IMG/VR virus record: IMGVR_UViG_3300045596_000061
Location: 32,565 to 96,564 of that record
Length of the DNA stretch: 64,000 nt
Reading direction: 5' to 3' (one strand)
Source of the DNA: a virus
Taxonomy: Duplodnaviria > Caudoviricetes
The translations under genes and the position numbers were made by a program. Positions 36,943-47,005 of this stretch are shown in pieces. The notes under the pieces were generated by a model. It did no database searches and had not been told where the DNA came from. It saw nothing but the letters and a program-made list of their open reading frames with translations. The first letter of the stretch is position 1; each line of letters starts with the position of its first letter.

Positions 36943-38156
36943 AACAGAGAGATACTCTTCTTAAAGAGATACTTACTTTTATCCCTACTTATCATAATAT
37001 AGCTCTTCAATGGGCTACAGGAGTAGGGAAATCAAGAGCTGCTATAGAATTATGCAATAAGGTAAGAATAACTCTTCATAGAGAGCCTTCAATACTTCTT
37101 ATAGTAGCAGAGACTGCACATAAAAAGAACTGGGAGAATGAGTTTATAAAGTGGGGAGCTTCTTTTACTAATATTACTATAGAGTGCTATGCTTCTCTTA
37201 AGAACTATAAGAACTCAAACTATGACATAGTTATATTTGATGAGGCTCATCATTTAAGCTCAGATTTAAGACTTGATATAGTAGATAGTATAAAGGCTGA
37301 CTATGTATTCTTATTATCTGCTACTCTATCAGATAACTTTATGATTGCCCTTTCAGGGATATTCAGTAAATTCATCACTTCTAAGGTTACTCTTAAAGAA
37401 GCCATCAGTAATAAATGGCTTCCTAAACCTAAGATATATATTATACCTATTAATCTTAGTAATACTTTACTTACAGGAGAAATAGTAGAAAAATGGGGAA
37501 AAGGGTCTCATAAGATAAGATGTGTTTATGCAGATAGGTGGAAGTATCTTAAAAGGAAGAGTTCATATCCTAACACAGAACTTCATATATTATGTTCACA
37601 GAAGCAGGAATATGACTATTATACTGAAAGATTTGAATATTGGAAGCAGTGCTACTATAATTCAAGAATGGTTTATATGAGAAATCAATGGATGCTTGCA
37701 GGTTCTAAGAGAAAGAGATTTCTTGGAGACTCAAAGACATCTGTAGCTAAAGGCATACTCTCTTTAATACATAATAAGAGATATATATGCTTTTGTTCAA
37801 GTATAAAACAGGCAGAATCTTTAGGAGGAAAGAACTGCATTCACTCAAAGAAGAAAGACTCCCTTACTGTAATAGATTCCTTTAATAAAGGTGATATTAA
37901 TAATCTCTATGCTGTAGGTATGTTGCAGGAAGGTCAGAATCTCAATAACATTGAAGCTGATATAATTATTCAGTTAGATGGTAAAGAGAGAGCTTTCATA
38001 CAGAAGTTTGGCAGAGGATTAAGAGCAGAGGACCCTATTCAGTTTATACTCTATTATAAAGGTACAAGGGATGAAGAATATCTTAATGCCCTTCTTCCTG
38101 GAATAGACAATAAGTATATAAATTATGTAAACAACATTAATGACATAGTATTATGA
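36939..38156 (+). CDS. Superfamily 2 DEAD/DEAH-like helicase
   Basis: ATGVGKS, DEAHH, LSAT, EGQN, QKFGRGLR. Confidence 0.88.
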   Translation: MKQRDTLLKEILTFIPTYHNIALQWATGVGKSRAAIELCNKVRITLHREPSILLIVAETAHKKNWENEFIKWGASFTNITIECYASLKNYKNSNYDIVIFDEAHHLSSDLRLDIVDSIKADYVFLLSATLSDNFMIALSGIFSKFITSKVTLKEAISNKWLPKPKIYIIPINLSNTLLTGEIVEKWGKGSHKIRCVYADRWKYLKRKSSYPNTELHILCSQKQEYDYYTERFEYWKQCYYNSRMVYMRNQWMLAGSKRKRFLGDSKTSVAKGILSLIHNKRYICFCSSIKQAESLGGKNCIHSKKKDSLTVIDSFNKGDINNLYAVGMLQEGQNLNNIEADIIIQLDGKERAFIQKFGRGLRAEDPIQFILYYKGTRDEEYLNALLPGIDNKYINYVNNINDIVL

Positions 38157-39319
38157 ATACTAAAATATATGCAAAGACAATAGAAGAAGAAGCTAAGAAG
38201 CAGGTAGAGAAACTCTCTGCCTGTGCAGCATATAAAGACTGTAAAATAAGAATAATGCCTGATGTTCATGCTGGCACAGGATGCACAATAGGAACAACAA
38301 TCAAGATTAAAGATAAAATAATTCCTAATACAGTAGGTGTTGATATTTCCTGTGGGATGCTTGTAGTTTATTTAGGTAATATAAATATTGACCTGAATAC
38401 CCTTGACTGTAGAATTAAAAGTGAGATTCCATGTGGATTTAATATACATGATAATGCAGTAGTCAAATTTACAGCTGCATTAAATAATTTAAAATGTAAA
38501 TCTGTGGTTGATATTGACATTGCTAATAAATCTATAGGAACTTTAGGTGGTGGTAATCACTTTATTGAGCTTGATGTTGATGATAGTGGTAATAAGTACT
38601 TAGTTATACATTCAGGTTCACGTAATCTTGGAGTAAGAGTATGTAATTATTATCAGAACTTGGCTACTGCTTCTTTATCAGATAATAGCAAGGAAATAAA
38701 AGAACTTATAGAAAAATATAAGGCAGAAGGCAGAGAAAAAGAAATATCTAAGGCATTGAAGTCTCTCCCAAAGAATAATATAGATAAAAATATGGCTTAT
38801 CTTGAAGGAGATAATATGAAGGATTATTTGTTTGACATGAAGATTATAGAGACTTATGCTTCTTTAAACAGAAATGTTATTGCCGCTGATATTTTAAGGT
38901 TTATTACATTTCCCTTTATAGCCTCCTCAAGATTTGAAACCTTGCATAATTATATTGATATTAAGAATAAAATATTAAGGAAGGGAGCAGTAAGTGCAAA
39001 GCTGAATGAGCATTTGATAATTCCCATGAATATGAGGGATGGCTCACTTCTATGTATAGGGAAAGGCAATCCTGATTGGAATTATTCAGCTCCTCATGGT
39101 GCTGGAAGACTGATGAGTAGAAAGAAAGCCAATGAGACTCTTAGTATAAATGATTTTAAGAACAGTATGAATGGTATATACTCTACATCTGTATGTGAAA
39201 GCACAATAGATGAGAGTCCTATGGCATATAAATCTATGGATGAAATTATAGAGTGTATCAAAGACACAGTTGATATAGTAAAGGTTATAAAACCTATTTA
39301 TAATTTTAAAGCAACTTAA
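38153..39319 (+). CDS. rtcB: RtcB-family RNA ligase
   Basis: MPDVHAG, GVDISCGM, GTLGGGNHFIE, HSGSR, HNY, RKGA, HGAGR, DESPMAYK. Confidence 0.92.
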   Translation: MNTKIYAKTIEEEAKKQVEKLSACAAYKDCKIRIMPDVHAGTGCTIGTTIKIKDKIIPNTVGVDISCGMLVVYLGNINIDLNTLDCRIKSEIPCGFNIHDNAVVKFTAALNNLKCKSVVDIDIANKSIGTLGGGNHFIELDVDDSGNKYLVIHSGSRNLGVRVCNYYQNLATASLSDNSKEIKELIEKYKAEGREKEISKALKSLPKNNIDKNMAYLEGDNMKDYLFDMKIIETYASLNRNVIAADILRFITFPFIASSRFETLHNYIDIKNKILRKGAVSAKLNEHLIIPMNMRDGSLLCIGKGNPDWNYSAPHGAGRLMSRKKANETLSINDFKNSMNGIYSTSVCESTIDESPMAYKSMDEIIECIKDTVDIVKVIKPIYNFKAT

Positions 39320-39331
39320 TAAAAAATAATT

Positions 39332-40213
39332 ATGAAATTATATATAATGGTTACTAAGTTTAAAAAATATGAGAGAAAGCCTCATAGCTTACATATGTAT
39401 CTATACTGTAAGAAAAGAACAGACAAAAAGAATGAGGGTACTACATATCTTGTAGATGGAAGCACATATACAGCATCATTAGATGATTATCTTACATTTA
39501 AACTGCCTGATAAAATAGCCAGATATTTTATGTTCTCCTTTAAGAATGGAAGCAACTATATATGTGCCAACGTAAAACACCTTAAAAGAAAAGAGTGCAC
39601 TGACCCTGAAAAGTTATTTCCTATTCTGAATGACCCCTCCCAATTTACTTTTACTCTGGTGTTACCTGAAGATGCAAAAAGAAGAAGGATTGTCAATACA
39701 AGAGAGTATAACAGTATGAAGGATATTGAAGACCACTGTGATGAACTTTTAAGTACATATCTTACAGCAAACACATTACATAAAATAGCCTCTCTGTTAA
39801 AATCAGAATATTTTACAGGAACAGGGGAAGGTGATTTGGTAGCTACTATTAAAACCAACATGTCTGTTCATGCTGACCTTATAGAAGTGTTTAAAAAGAA
39901 AATAGGATATAATATAGGAGAAAAATACAGAAGGAAGGCTATAGTTACAAAAGATATTGTATATAATTTTCCTGAATCTACTGAAGAAAAGAAAGCTGCT
40001 CCCCTTATATTTAAAAAGGGAATGACAGTATGGGAAGACAGGGATGAGTTTCCAGTCAATCAATTGTATCCTATAAATCCAGAGAGCTTGGGTTATTGGG
40101 AAGTAATAGATTTCTTTAATGATACTCATGGATATATGCAAGATAGGGTTACACTTAAGACAAAAGATGCTTTTCCATTCTGGAAGAATAATATAAAATA
40201 TATAGAAGAATAA
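39332..40213 (+). CDS. Hypothetical protein
   Basis: 293-aa ORF, no recognised motif. Confidence 0.65.
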   Translation: MKLYIMVTKFKKYERKPHSLHMYLYCKKRTDKKNEGTTYLVDGSTYTASLDDYLTFKLPDKIARYFMFSFKNGSNYICANVKHLKRKECTDPEKLFPILNDPSQFTFTLVLPEDAKRRRIVNTREYNSMKDIEDHCDELLSTYLTANTLHKIASLLKSEYFTGTGEGDLVATIKTNMSVHADLIEVFKKKIGYNIGEKYRRKAIVTKDIVYNFPESTEEKKAAPLIFKKGMTVWEDRDEFPVNQLYPINPESLGYWEVIDFFNDTHGYMQDRVTLKTKDAFPFWKNNIKYIEE

Positions 40214-40270
40214 TTATAACATTTAAATTACAATTTACTTTTTTAATAAACAATAAAAATTATAATAAAT

Positions 40271-40855
40271 ATGGAAACATTCAATAAAAAACAACTTGTA
40301 TTTGCATTAGAGGATAAAAAAAATATAAATAAGGATATTATATATCCTCTATATGGAAGAGTATCAAATTTTAAGTTCTATAAAAACATCTTAGACTGCT
40401 TAAAGAACAGAAAGAAAAATGAGTGTATAATGCTTTTTTATATGCCTGATGATTTTAATATAGAGCTTATAAAAGAAACAAGTGTAGTAGGACCTGTATT
40501 GTGTGATATTTTATATTGTTCTGATATTAAGCATTTTGATACTTTTTGTACTAAAATGTTTAATGAAGCTATGGCTGCAAGAGTAGATAGAGCAGATGCT
40601 TTATATAAAGAGAGTCTTACAAACAAAAAGAAAGCACAAGAGCAAGACTCTTCTGAAGATGCTAAAAGAAAAAGGCTTTGTAAAATAATAAGACTTATTA
40701 ATGAAAGGGAGGAGAAAGACAAGTCTTATAGGGAGCTTGGGAGACTTATTGTATTAAATAAGGAGAGTCCTGCTGTACCTTATCTTACAAAACTACAGAT
40801 GAAAGAAGCAGAACTGGCTAATTCAATAGACCAGGAATTACTTTCTTTAGTATAA
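40271..40855 (+). CDS. Hypothetical protein
   Basis: 194-aa ORF with coiled-coil C-terminus. Confidence 0.6.
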   Translation: METFNKKQLVFALEDKKNINKDIIYPLYGRVSNFKFYKNILDCLKNRKKNECIMLFYMPDDFNIELIKETSVVGPVLCDILYCSDIKHFDTFCTKMFNEAMAARVDRADALYKESLTNKKKAQEQDSSEDAKRKRLCKIIRLINEREEKDKSYRELGRLIVLNKESPAVPYLTKLQMKEAELANSIDQELLSLV

Positions 40856-40873
40856 ATATTAATTATTTATTAT

Positions 40874-41482
40874 ATGAAGTATGTAATAGATACTAATATA
40901 GTCAGTGAAAGAGGTATAGATATAAATGATTTTCTATACCTCTTTAAGTTATATGTTAATAAGAAACTAGTTCATAATAATCCTGCTGAAGATGGTTATT
41001 ATACAAGAATGAATGCCTTAGGATATATATTTACTGATATATGTCTTGATGGTAAGGTCATAAGCCTCTCAAAGGATGGTATTGAACTAGTTGAATCTGT
41101 TCTTATTAACAGTGAAGTGACAGACACTGCTAAAGACAGATTCACCAATCTTGCTGATAAACTTAGAGAGCTTTATCCTAAAGGAAGAAAAGAAGGTACT
41201 AATCTTCAATGGAGGGATTCTACTGCAATTATCTCTACCAGATTAAAATTACTGGTAAAGAAATATAAAGCAGAATTTACAGATGAGCAAGCTATAGATG
41301 CTACTAAAAGATATATTGAGTCCTTTAATGGAAGCTACAGGTATATGCAGGTTCTTAAGTATTTTATAAGTAAAATAACAGTAGTTGATGGTGCTAATGA
41401 ATATAATTCACAACTTCTTTCTTTTATAGAAAATACTGAAACTGATACTAATAACAATGAATGGACAGCAGAACTTAAGTAG
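40874..41482 (+). CDS. Putative replication initiator / helicase loader
   Basis: LRELYPKG, AT.RY, YMQVLKYFI; directly upstream of DnaB-like gene. Confidence 0.5.
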   Translation: MKYVIDTNIVSERGIDINDFLYLFKLYVNKKLVHNNPAEDGYYTRMNALGYIFTDICLDGKVISLSKDGIELVESVLINSEVTDTAKDRFTNLADKLRELYPKGRKEGTNLQWRDSTAIISTRLKLLVKKYKAEFTDEQAIDATKRYIESFNGSYRYMQVLKYFISKITVVDGANEYNSQLLSFIENTETDTNNNEWTAELK

Positions 41483-41493
41483 TTTTACTTTAT

Positions 41494-42732
41494 ATGGAAG
41501 AAAATAAAGAACTTAAAGTAAGAGTAAAAGCATTTCTTAAAGAGAGACGTAATAGAATATTAAGAGGAGAGATAAATAGTATTCCATCTCCTTTTATAAG
41601 ATTCAGGGATGACTTTGTAGGAATAGAGCAAGCTAAATACTACGTGGTCACAAGCTCCACAAAGGGAGGAAAAACACAATTAAGCTCCTTCTTATTTGTA
41701 TATAATACTCTTCTATATGCTTATACTCATCCTACTCAATGCAGTGTAAAGATATTTTATTATCCTCTTGAAGAAACTCCTGAAGATGTAATGACAAGAT
41801 TCATGTCTTATTTATTATATACTCTCAGTAATAGCAGAATCAGAATATCACCTACAAACCTTACTTCTACTGATAATGATAAACCAGTAGATGAGGATGT
41901 TTTAAAGCTGCTTGATACTGAAGAATATGATAATATACTTGAATTTTTTCAGAATAATATTATCTTTTCTGATTCTACTAATCCTACAGGAGTATATGCT
42001 GAATGTAAGAGCTATGCAGAGATGCATGGAACTGTACATCATAAGAAGAAAAAAGTAAAAGACAGTTTTACAAATGAAACTAAAGAGATAGAGGGTTTTA
42101 ACTATTATGAGAGTGATAATCCTAATGAATATAGGATTATATTTTATGATCATGTAAGTCTTACTTCAACTGAAAGAGGAATGACTCTTAAGCAGTCTAT
42201 AGATAAACTTAGTGAGTATATGGTATTACTTAGAAACAGATATAAGTTTACTCCTGTAGTCATTCAGCAACAAGCATTTGTAGGTGAAGGTCTTGATGCT
42301 TATAAAGAAAATAAAATAAGACCTACTATAGCTAACCTTGCAGATTCAAAATATCCTAGTAGAGATTGTAATGTATGCTTAGGATTGTTCTCTCCTTTTA
42401 AGTTTGAACTTAAGGAATATATGGGATATGATATTAGTAAGTTCAGAGATAATATAAGATTCATGGAATTACTTATAAATAGAGGAGGAACTCCTGGAGG
42501 TATGATAGCACTATTCTTTGATGGTGCAACATGCAGTTTTAATGAACTGCCTACTCCTAAGGATACTGCAAATATATACAAGGTATATACCTATCTTAAA
42601 TCTATAAGAGGTAAAAACAGTGTTCTAATGTTTATTCATAGTAAGTTAAATAATAATAAACTACTGGATAAAATAGAAAAATCAAGTATATTTGCATCTC
42701 TGTTTGGTAAATTTATAAATAGGGAGCAATAA
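41494..42732 (+). CDS. DnaB-like replicative helicase
   Basis: TKGGKT Walker A, LEE, DHVSL, V.IQQQ, LADSK...RD, NRGG. Confidence 0.8.
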   Translation: MEENKELKVRVKAFLKERRNRILRGEINSIPSPFIRFRDDFVGIEQAKYYVVTSSTKGGKTQLSSFLFVYNTLLYAYTHPTQCSVKIFYYPLEETPEDVMTRFMSYLLYTLSNSRIRISPTNLTSTDNDKPVDEDVLKLLDTEEYDNILEFFQNNIIFSDSTNPTGVYAECKSYAEMHGTVHHKKKKVKDSFTNETKEIEGFNYYESDNPNEYRIIFYDHVSLTSTERGMTLKQSIDKLSEYMVLLRNRYKFTPVVIQQQAFVGEGLDAYKENKIRPTIANLADSKYPSRDCNVCLGLFSPFKFELKEYMGYDISKFRDNIRFMELLINRGGTPGGMIALFFDGATCSFNELPTPKDTANIYKVYTYLKSIRGKNSVLMFIHSKLNNNKLLDKIEKSSIFASLFGKFINREQ

Positions 42733-42756
42733 AACAATAAACAAATATAAAAATTT

Positions 42757-43473
42757 ATGTCAAAGATTTTAATTTTAGCAAAAAGTGGCTTTGGTAAATC
42801 AACATCTATCGGAGAGATACCTGAATTAGGTATTAAGGGATTAAACCCAAAGACTACTTATTTAATCAGTTGTGTCAATAAACCTCTTCCTTTCAGGGGT
42901 GCTAATAAGAAGTATGTAGTAACTGATTTAGCTAATATAGATAAAGGTAATAGAATAGTGACCAATGACGCTGAAACTGTAGCTAAAGCTATTACTATGT
43001 TAGCTAATCCTAATAGTCCTTATAAGAATATTATATTGGATGATATGAATTATATGGCACAAGACTATTATATGAAGAATGCCTTAAAAGGAGGTTGGGA
43101 CTGTCCAAAGAAAATAGGGTATAATACAGGTCTTGTGTTTGATGCAATTAATGATATTCCTGAAGATAAAAATATTATATGTCTTGCTCACTATGAAGAA
43201 TATAAAGATAAAAATGGAGACTCATTATCATATAAATATAAGTCTACAGGAAGTATGGTAGATAATTATATAACACCTGAAGGCAAATTTGAAATAGTGC
43301 TTTATGGAAGAGCTACATATGATAATAAAGAGAAGAAATCTATAAGGGAGTTTGTAACTAATGATGATGGTGTATATCCTGCAAAGTCTCCTGTAGGTAT
43401 GTTTGACTTATATATTCCTAATGACTTAGGTCTTGTAACAGATAAAGTCAAAGAATATTATGGAGAGGAGTGA
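42757..43473 (+). CDS. Sak4-like P-loop ATPase (AAA_24)
   Basis: AKSGFGKST, IILDD, LAH, EGKFEIVL, AKSPVGMF; TATATTTG box upstream at 42687-42694. Confidence 0.8.
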   Translation: MSKILILAKSGFGKSTSIGEIPELGIKGLNPKTTYLISCVNKPLPFRGANKKYVVTDLANIDKGNRIVTNDAETVAKAITMLANPNSPYKNIILDDMNYMAQDYYMKNALKGGWDCPKKIGYNTGLVFDAINDIPEDKNIICLAHYEEYKDKNGDSLSYKYKSTGSMVDNYITPEGKFEIVLYGRATYDNKEKKSIREFVTNDDGVYPAKSPVGMFDLYIPNDLGLVTDKVKEYYGEE

Positions 43474-43744
43474 TGCTGTTGTATTACTTAATGATTTTAT
43501 AAACAATTCTATAAATAATAATAATAAAAGTATAGGAAATCAGATTATACATACATATCTTGAAGATAAGGGTATAGCTAAAGATAGAATAGACTCATTT
43601 ATAGAAGTGATAACTTCATTACCAGAATATATAATAAAGCAGTCCTATCTATTATGTGTGTATAAAGCTCGTGACTATATTAGGTGCAAATATAATATAT
43701 TCACACTTATAGACAAGAATAATAATGTATTATTATATTTTTAA
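43460..43744 (+). CDS. Hypothetical protein
   Basis: 94-aa ORF overlapping the upstream stop. Confidence 0.55.
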   Translation: MERSDAVVLLNDFINNSINNNNKSIGNQIIHTYLEDKGIAKDRIDSFIEVITSLPEYIIKQSYLLCVYKARDYIRCKYNIFTLIDKNNNVLLYF

Positions 43745-43770
43745 TTTTTAACGTTAAAAGCAAACAAAAA

Positions 43771-44193
43771 ATGGAAACAAAGAAATTTAGTAAATTTGAA
43801 GTAGCAGTTATAAAGAGAACTGCACAGAATGTCAATCCAATGGTTACAAAGAAAGAAAAAATCAAGACCAAGATTGATGAGTTACAGGCAGAGTATGATA
43901 ATCTCAGTACTATGCAGGAGCAATATGAGGCCTCTATTAAAACTATGACAGGAGGTTATGGTACAGAGGATATTGTAGAAAAGAAGATTGAAGAAACAGG
44001 CTCTGTAGATAAGAATGGTAATAAGATTAAAATCACCAAGTATATACTTAAATATCCGGATACTATTATCCCTGTAGAAACTCCTACTGAAACTTCTACA
44101 GATAAATTAGATGATAATCCTTTAAATACTGTAGATGAAACTCTGAATAATTCAGTATCTGCTTCTACAGAAAGCCCTGCTACAGAAGTTTAA
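43771..44193 (+). CDS. Hypothetical coiled-coil protein
   Basis: 140 aa with heptad region. Confidence 0.6.
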   Translation: METKKFSKFEVAVIKRTAQNVNPMVTKKEKIKTKIDELQAEYDNLSTMQEQYEASIKTMTGGYGTEDIVEKKIEETGSVDKNGNKIKITKYILKYPDTIIPVETPTETSTDKLDDNPLNTVDETLNNSVSASTESPATEV

Positions 44194-44248
44194 AAGCACA
44201 TATTATATTAATAGAAACTAGATATACAGTATTTAAAATAATAATATT

Positions 44249-45139
44249 ATGGCAATAGCTAAAGGAAAAATCTCAGAAGAAGCTAAAGAAGTAAAAAGAT
44301 ATTATGGTGTAGCTCCCGTATTTATTTTAGGAGTTAATCCATCTAAGGAGGAGCTTGAAGGTATTTATAAAACAAACCTTGATAAAGACCCTGAATATAC
44401 AGGCACTAATAAAGAGTCTGGAGTTAAGAACATAAGGCTTGATTTCATAGTAAAGGCAGACAGTGAAAAATGTGACTCTGATATGACTACTAAAGTCTCT
44501 ATGTTCCTTGAAGACAGTAAAAGATATAATAGGGATAAGACAAAAATTCAGGTCATTGATAAGTATGGCAGAACTGCATGGGTTACTTCTGAAGAGTATA
44601 AGAATAAGGAAATTCCTATGTATAAGAATGGTCCTGCTAACCTTGATTCTGACTACAGAGCTTGCTATGTAGGAGAAGAGAACCTAACACAATTTATAGC
44701 TTTCTATCTGAATATTCCAAGTGTGATGACATACAAGGACAGCAAGTGGGTTATGTCAGATACTCCTGAAGAGAGTGAAGTCAGACTTGATAGAATAGAA
44801 GACTACTTTAAAGGAGATGTGTCTGAGTTAAGAGAAGCTATTAATTTGCAGCCTAAGAATAAGATTAAGATTATGTTCGGAATAAAGACTACTGATGATG
44901 GAAAACAGTATCAGGATGCCTATACAAAGAGGTTCTTAAGGAATGATGCCTCTAACTATAAGAGTCTTTATGAAGATGTACAGCAATCTCAGGAAGCATC
45001 TGCATATTCTCATACTACCTTTCTGTTTGATAAGATAAAAGAGTATAATGTTGAAGCTACCGATTTATCAAAGAGTGACAGTAAGGACTTACCTTTTGAT
45101 GATACTGCTGCTCAATCTCCTTGGGGATTCTCAAAATAA
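44249..45139 (+). CDS. Putative single-stranded DNA-binding protein
   Basis: Between recombinase and primase; acidic DLPF tail; IDKYGRTAW. Confidence 0.6.
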   Translation: MAIAKGKISEEAKEVKRYYGVAPVFILGVNPSKEELEGIYKTNLDKDPEYTGTNKESGVKNIRLDFIVKADSEKCDSDMTTKVSMFLEDSKRYNRDKTKIQVIDKYGRTAWVTSEEYKNKEIPMYKNGPANLDSDYRACYVGEENLTQFIAFYLNIPSVMTYKDSKWVMSDTPEESEVRLDRIEDYFKGDVSELREAINLQPKNKIKIMFGIKTTDDGKQYQDAYTKRFLRNDASNYKSLYEDVQQSQEASAYSHTTFLFDKIKEYNVEATDLSKSDSKDLPFDDTAAQSPWGFSK

Positions 45140-45186
45140 AATTATTTAAACTGTACTTTATAATAATACTTATTTAATATTAGTGT

Positions 45187-46203
45187 ATGGCAATTAGCAA
45201 TGGCATAGAAACTACAACACTTGAAGAAATCCTTCAAGTAGTATCAGAGGAGGAAATAATTAACTACTATCTCAGTATAAATAGAATACCAACTGTAATA
45301 AACAGTCCTATAAGAAGAGATAGTAATCCTTCATTTGGGATATTCTATAATAAAAGAGGAAGAGTTAAATATATTGACTTCTCTACAAAGGAAAGCGGTA
45401 GTATATATGACTTGCTAAAACTTATGTGGCATTGTAGTTATCCCAAAATGCTGAGTATCATAAAGGGTGATATTAAGAATATAAGTAAAGTCTGTGTAAA
45501 CAATAGTAATAAAAGCATTAAAAGTAAAAACCATAATAATGATAATAATACTGCTTCAGATCTTCAATGTAAGATAAGAAAGTGGAAAGACTATGATATT
45601 AAGTATTGGGGTGATTATGGTATATCATTAAAGTGGTTAAAGTATGCAGAAGTATATCCTATATCTCATAAAATAATAATTAAAAATGGATATAGATATA
45701 TTTTTGCTGCTGATAAATATGCTTATGCTTATGTAGAACATAAAGAGGGAAAAACTACATTAAAGATATATCAGCCTTTTAATAAAAAAGGATATAAATG
45801 GTGTAACAAGCATGATGCCTCTACTATAAGTCTGTGGACTAAAGTACCTGATAAAGGAGATATAATATGTATATGTTCATCTTTAAAAGATGCTTTATGT
45901 TTATGGGCTAACACAGGAATACCATCCATTGCTATACAGGGAGAAGGATATAATATGAGTAATACTGCAATTAGTGAACTTAGGAAAAGATTTAAGAGTG
46001 TGTTTATCTGTCTTGATAATGATGAACCTGGATTAAAAGATGGTAAATCACTTGGAGAATCTACTAAATTCACTAATATAATATTACCTCCCTTTAAAGG
46101 AGGTAAGGATATAAGTGATTTAAGAAAAGCAGTGGGTAAAGTACAATTTAAGACTATTATATATAATCTTTTTAAGGAAAAAGATTATTCAGGGGACAAT
46201 TAA
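45187..46203 (+). CDS. DNA primase (TOPRIM)
   Basis: SPIRRDSNPSF, SSLKDAL, QGEG, LDNDEPG, KDISD. Confidence 0.85.
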   Translation: MAISNGIETTTLEEILQVVSEEEIINYYLSINRIPTVINSPIRRDSNPSFGIFYNKRGRVKYIDFSTKESGSIYDLLKLMWHCSYPKMLSIIKGDIKNISKVCVNNSNKSIKSKNHNNDNNTASDLQCKIRKWKDYDIKYWGDYGISLKWLKYAEVYPISHKIIIKNGYRYIFAADKYAYAYVEHKEGKTTLKIYQPFNKKGYKWCNKHDASTISLWTKVPDKGDIICICSSLKDALCLWANTGIPSIAIQGEGYNMSNTAISELRKRFKSVFICLDNDEPGLKDGKSLGESTKFTNIILPPFKGGKDISDLRKAVGKVQFKTIIYNLFKEKDYSGDN

Positions 46204-46239
46204 TTTTATATTTATATTAACAATCAAATTAAAGTAATT

Positions 46240-46926
46240 ATGGAAACAAGAAAAATTACAGTTGTTTCAACAAAAACACAGAGTAAGAAGACTATTATGT
46301 CTAATGCAGCCACATTAGGAGAGTTAAAAGTAGAATTGACAAACAGCAATATAGACTTTAAGGATATGGCTTTCTTTGAAGGAGTATCTAAAACAAGTCT
46401 TATATCAGATGATTCTGCTCTTCCTCATGACATACCTTATAAAGGTACTATTACTAATGACTTAGTTATTATGATAACTAACTCAAGGAAGAAGATTTCA
46501 AGCGGTGCTGACAGAAAAGCTATTTATCAAACTATTAAAGACCTTAACTTACAGGAAGTTTGTAAAGCAAAGTTTGGTAAAAACTTTACAATGTGCAAAA
46601 CTGATGACTTACTTTCAGTAATAGCAGAAAATAAAAAACCTGCTGAAGGAAAACCTGCTCCAGAAATGAGGGCAGAAAAACCGACTACTGACAGTGAAAC
46701 TATGAATGCTGTTCCTGTAGAGTGTGAAGATGTAAAAGCTCGTAAGGCTATCACTGCTTTATGTGACTTACTAATGAACAGTGATGCTATAGACGACTAT
46801 GATGAAGATGATCTTGAAAAGATTAAGAATAACCTAAGTACACATACAAAGTCTGACAAAGAACTTTGTATTGGTGATTCTCCATATTCAGATGCTGAAA
46901 TAGATGATATGATGGCTTCAATGTAG
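46240..46926 (+). CDS. Putative ubiquitin-like (beta-grasp) protein precursor
   Basis: Residues 1-89: two strands, TLGELK helix, LP, LVIMIT strand, ending KKISSG89; helical/acidic extension follows; upstream of E2/JAB/E1-like genes. Confidence 0.55.
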   Translation: METRKITVVSTKTQSKKTIMSNAATLGELKVELTNSNIDFKDMAFFEGVSKTSLISDDSALPHDIPYKGTITNDLVIMITNSRKKISSGADRKAIYQTIKDLNLQEVCKAKFGKNFTMCKTDDLLSVIAENKKPAEGKPAPEMRAEKPTTDSETMNAVPVECEDVKARKAITALCDLLMNSDAIDDYDEDDLEKIKNNLSTHTKSDKELCIGDSPYSDAEIDDMMASM

Positions 46927-46948
46927 ACTTTAAACTCTATGATAACAC

Positions 46949-46989
46949 AATAAGGGGACTTAATAATAATTAGGTTCCCTTATTTTTTT
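46949..46989 (+). terminator. Intrinsic terminator between Ubl-like and E2-like genes
   Basis: aataaggggact/ggttcccttatt followed by T-run. Confidence 0.7.
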
Positions 46990-47005
46990 GTTAATTATTC
47001 ATATT

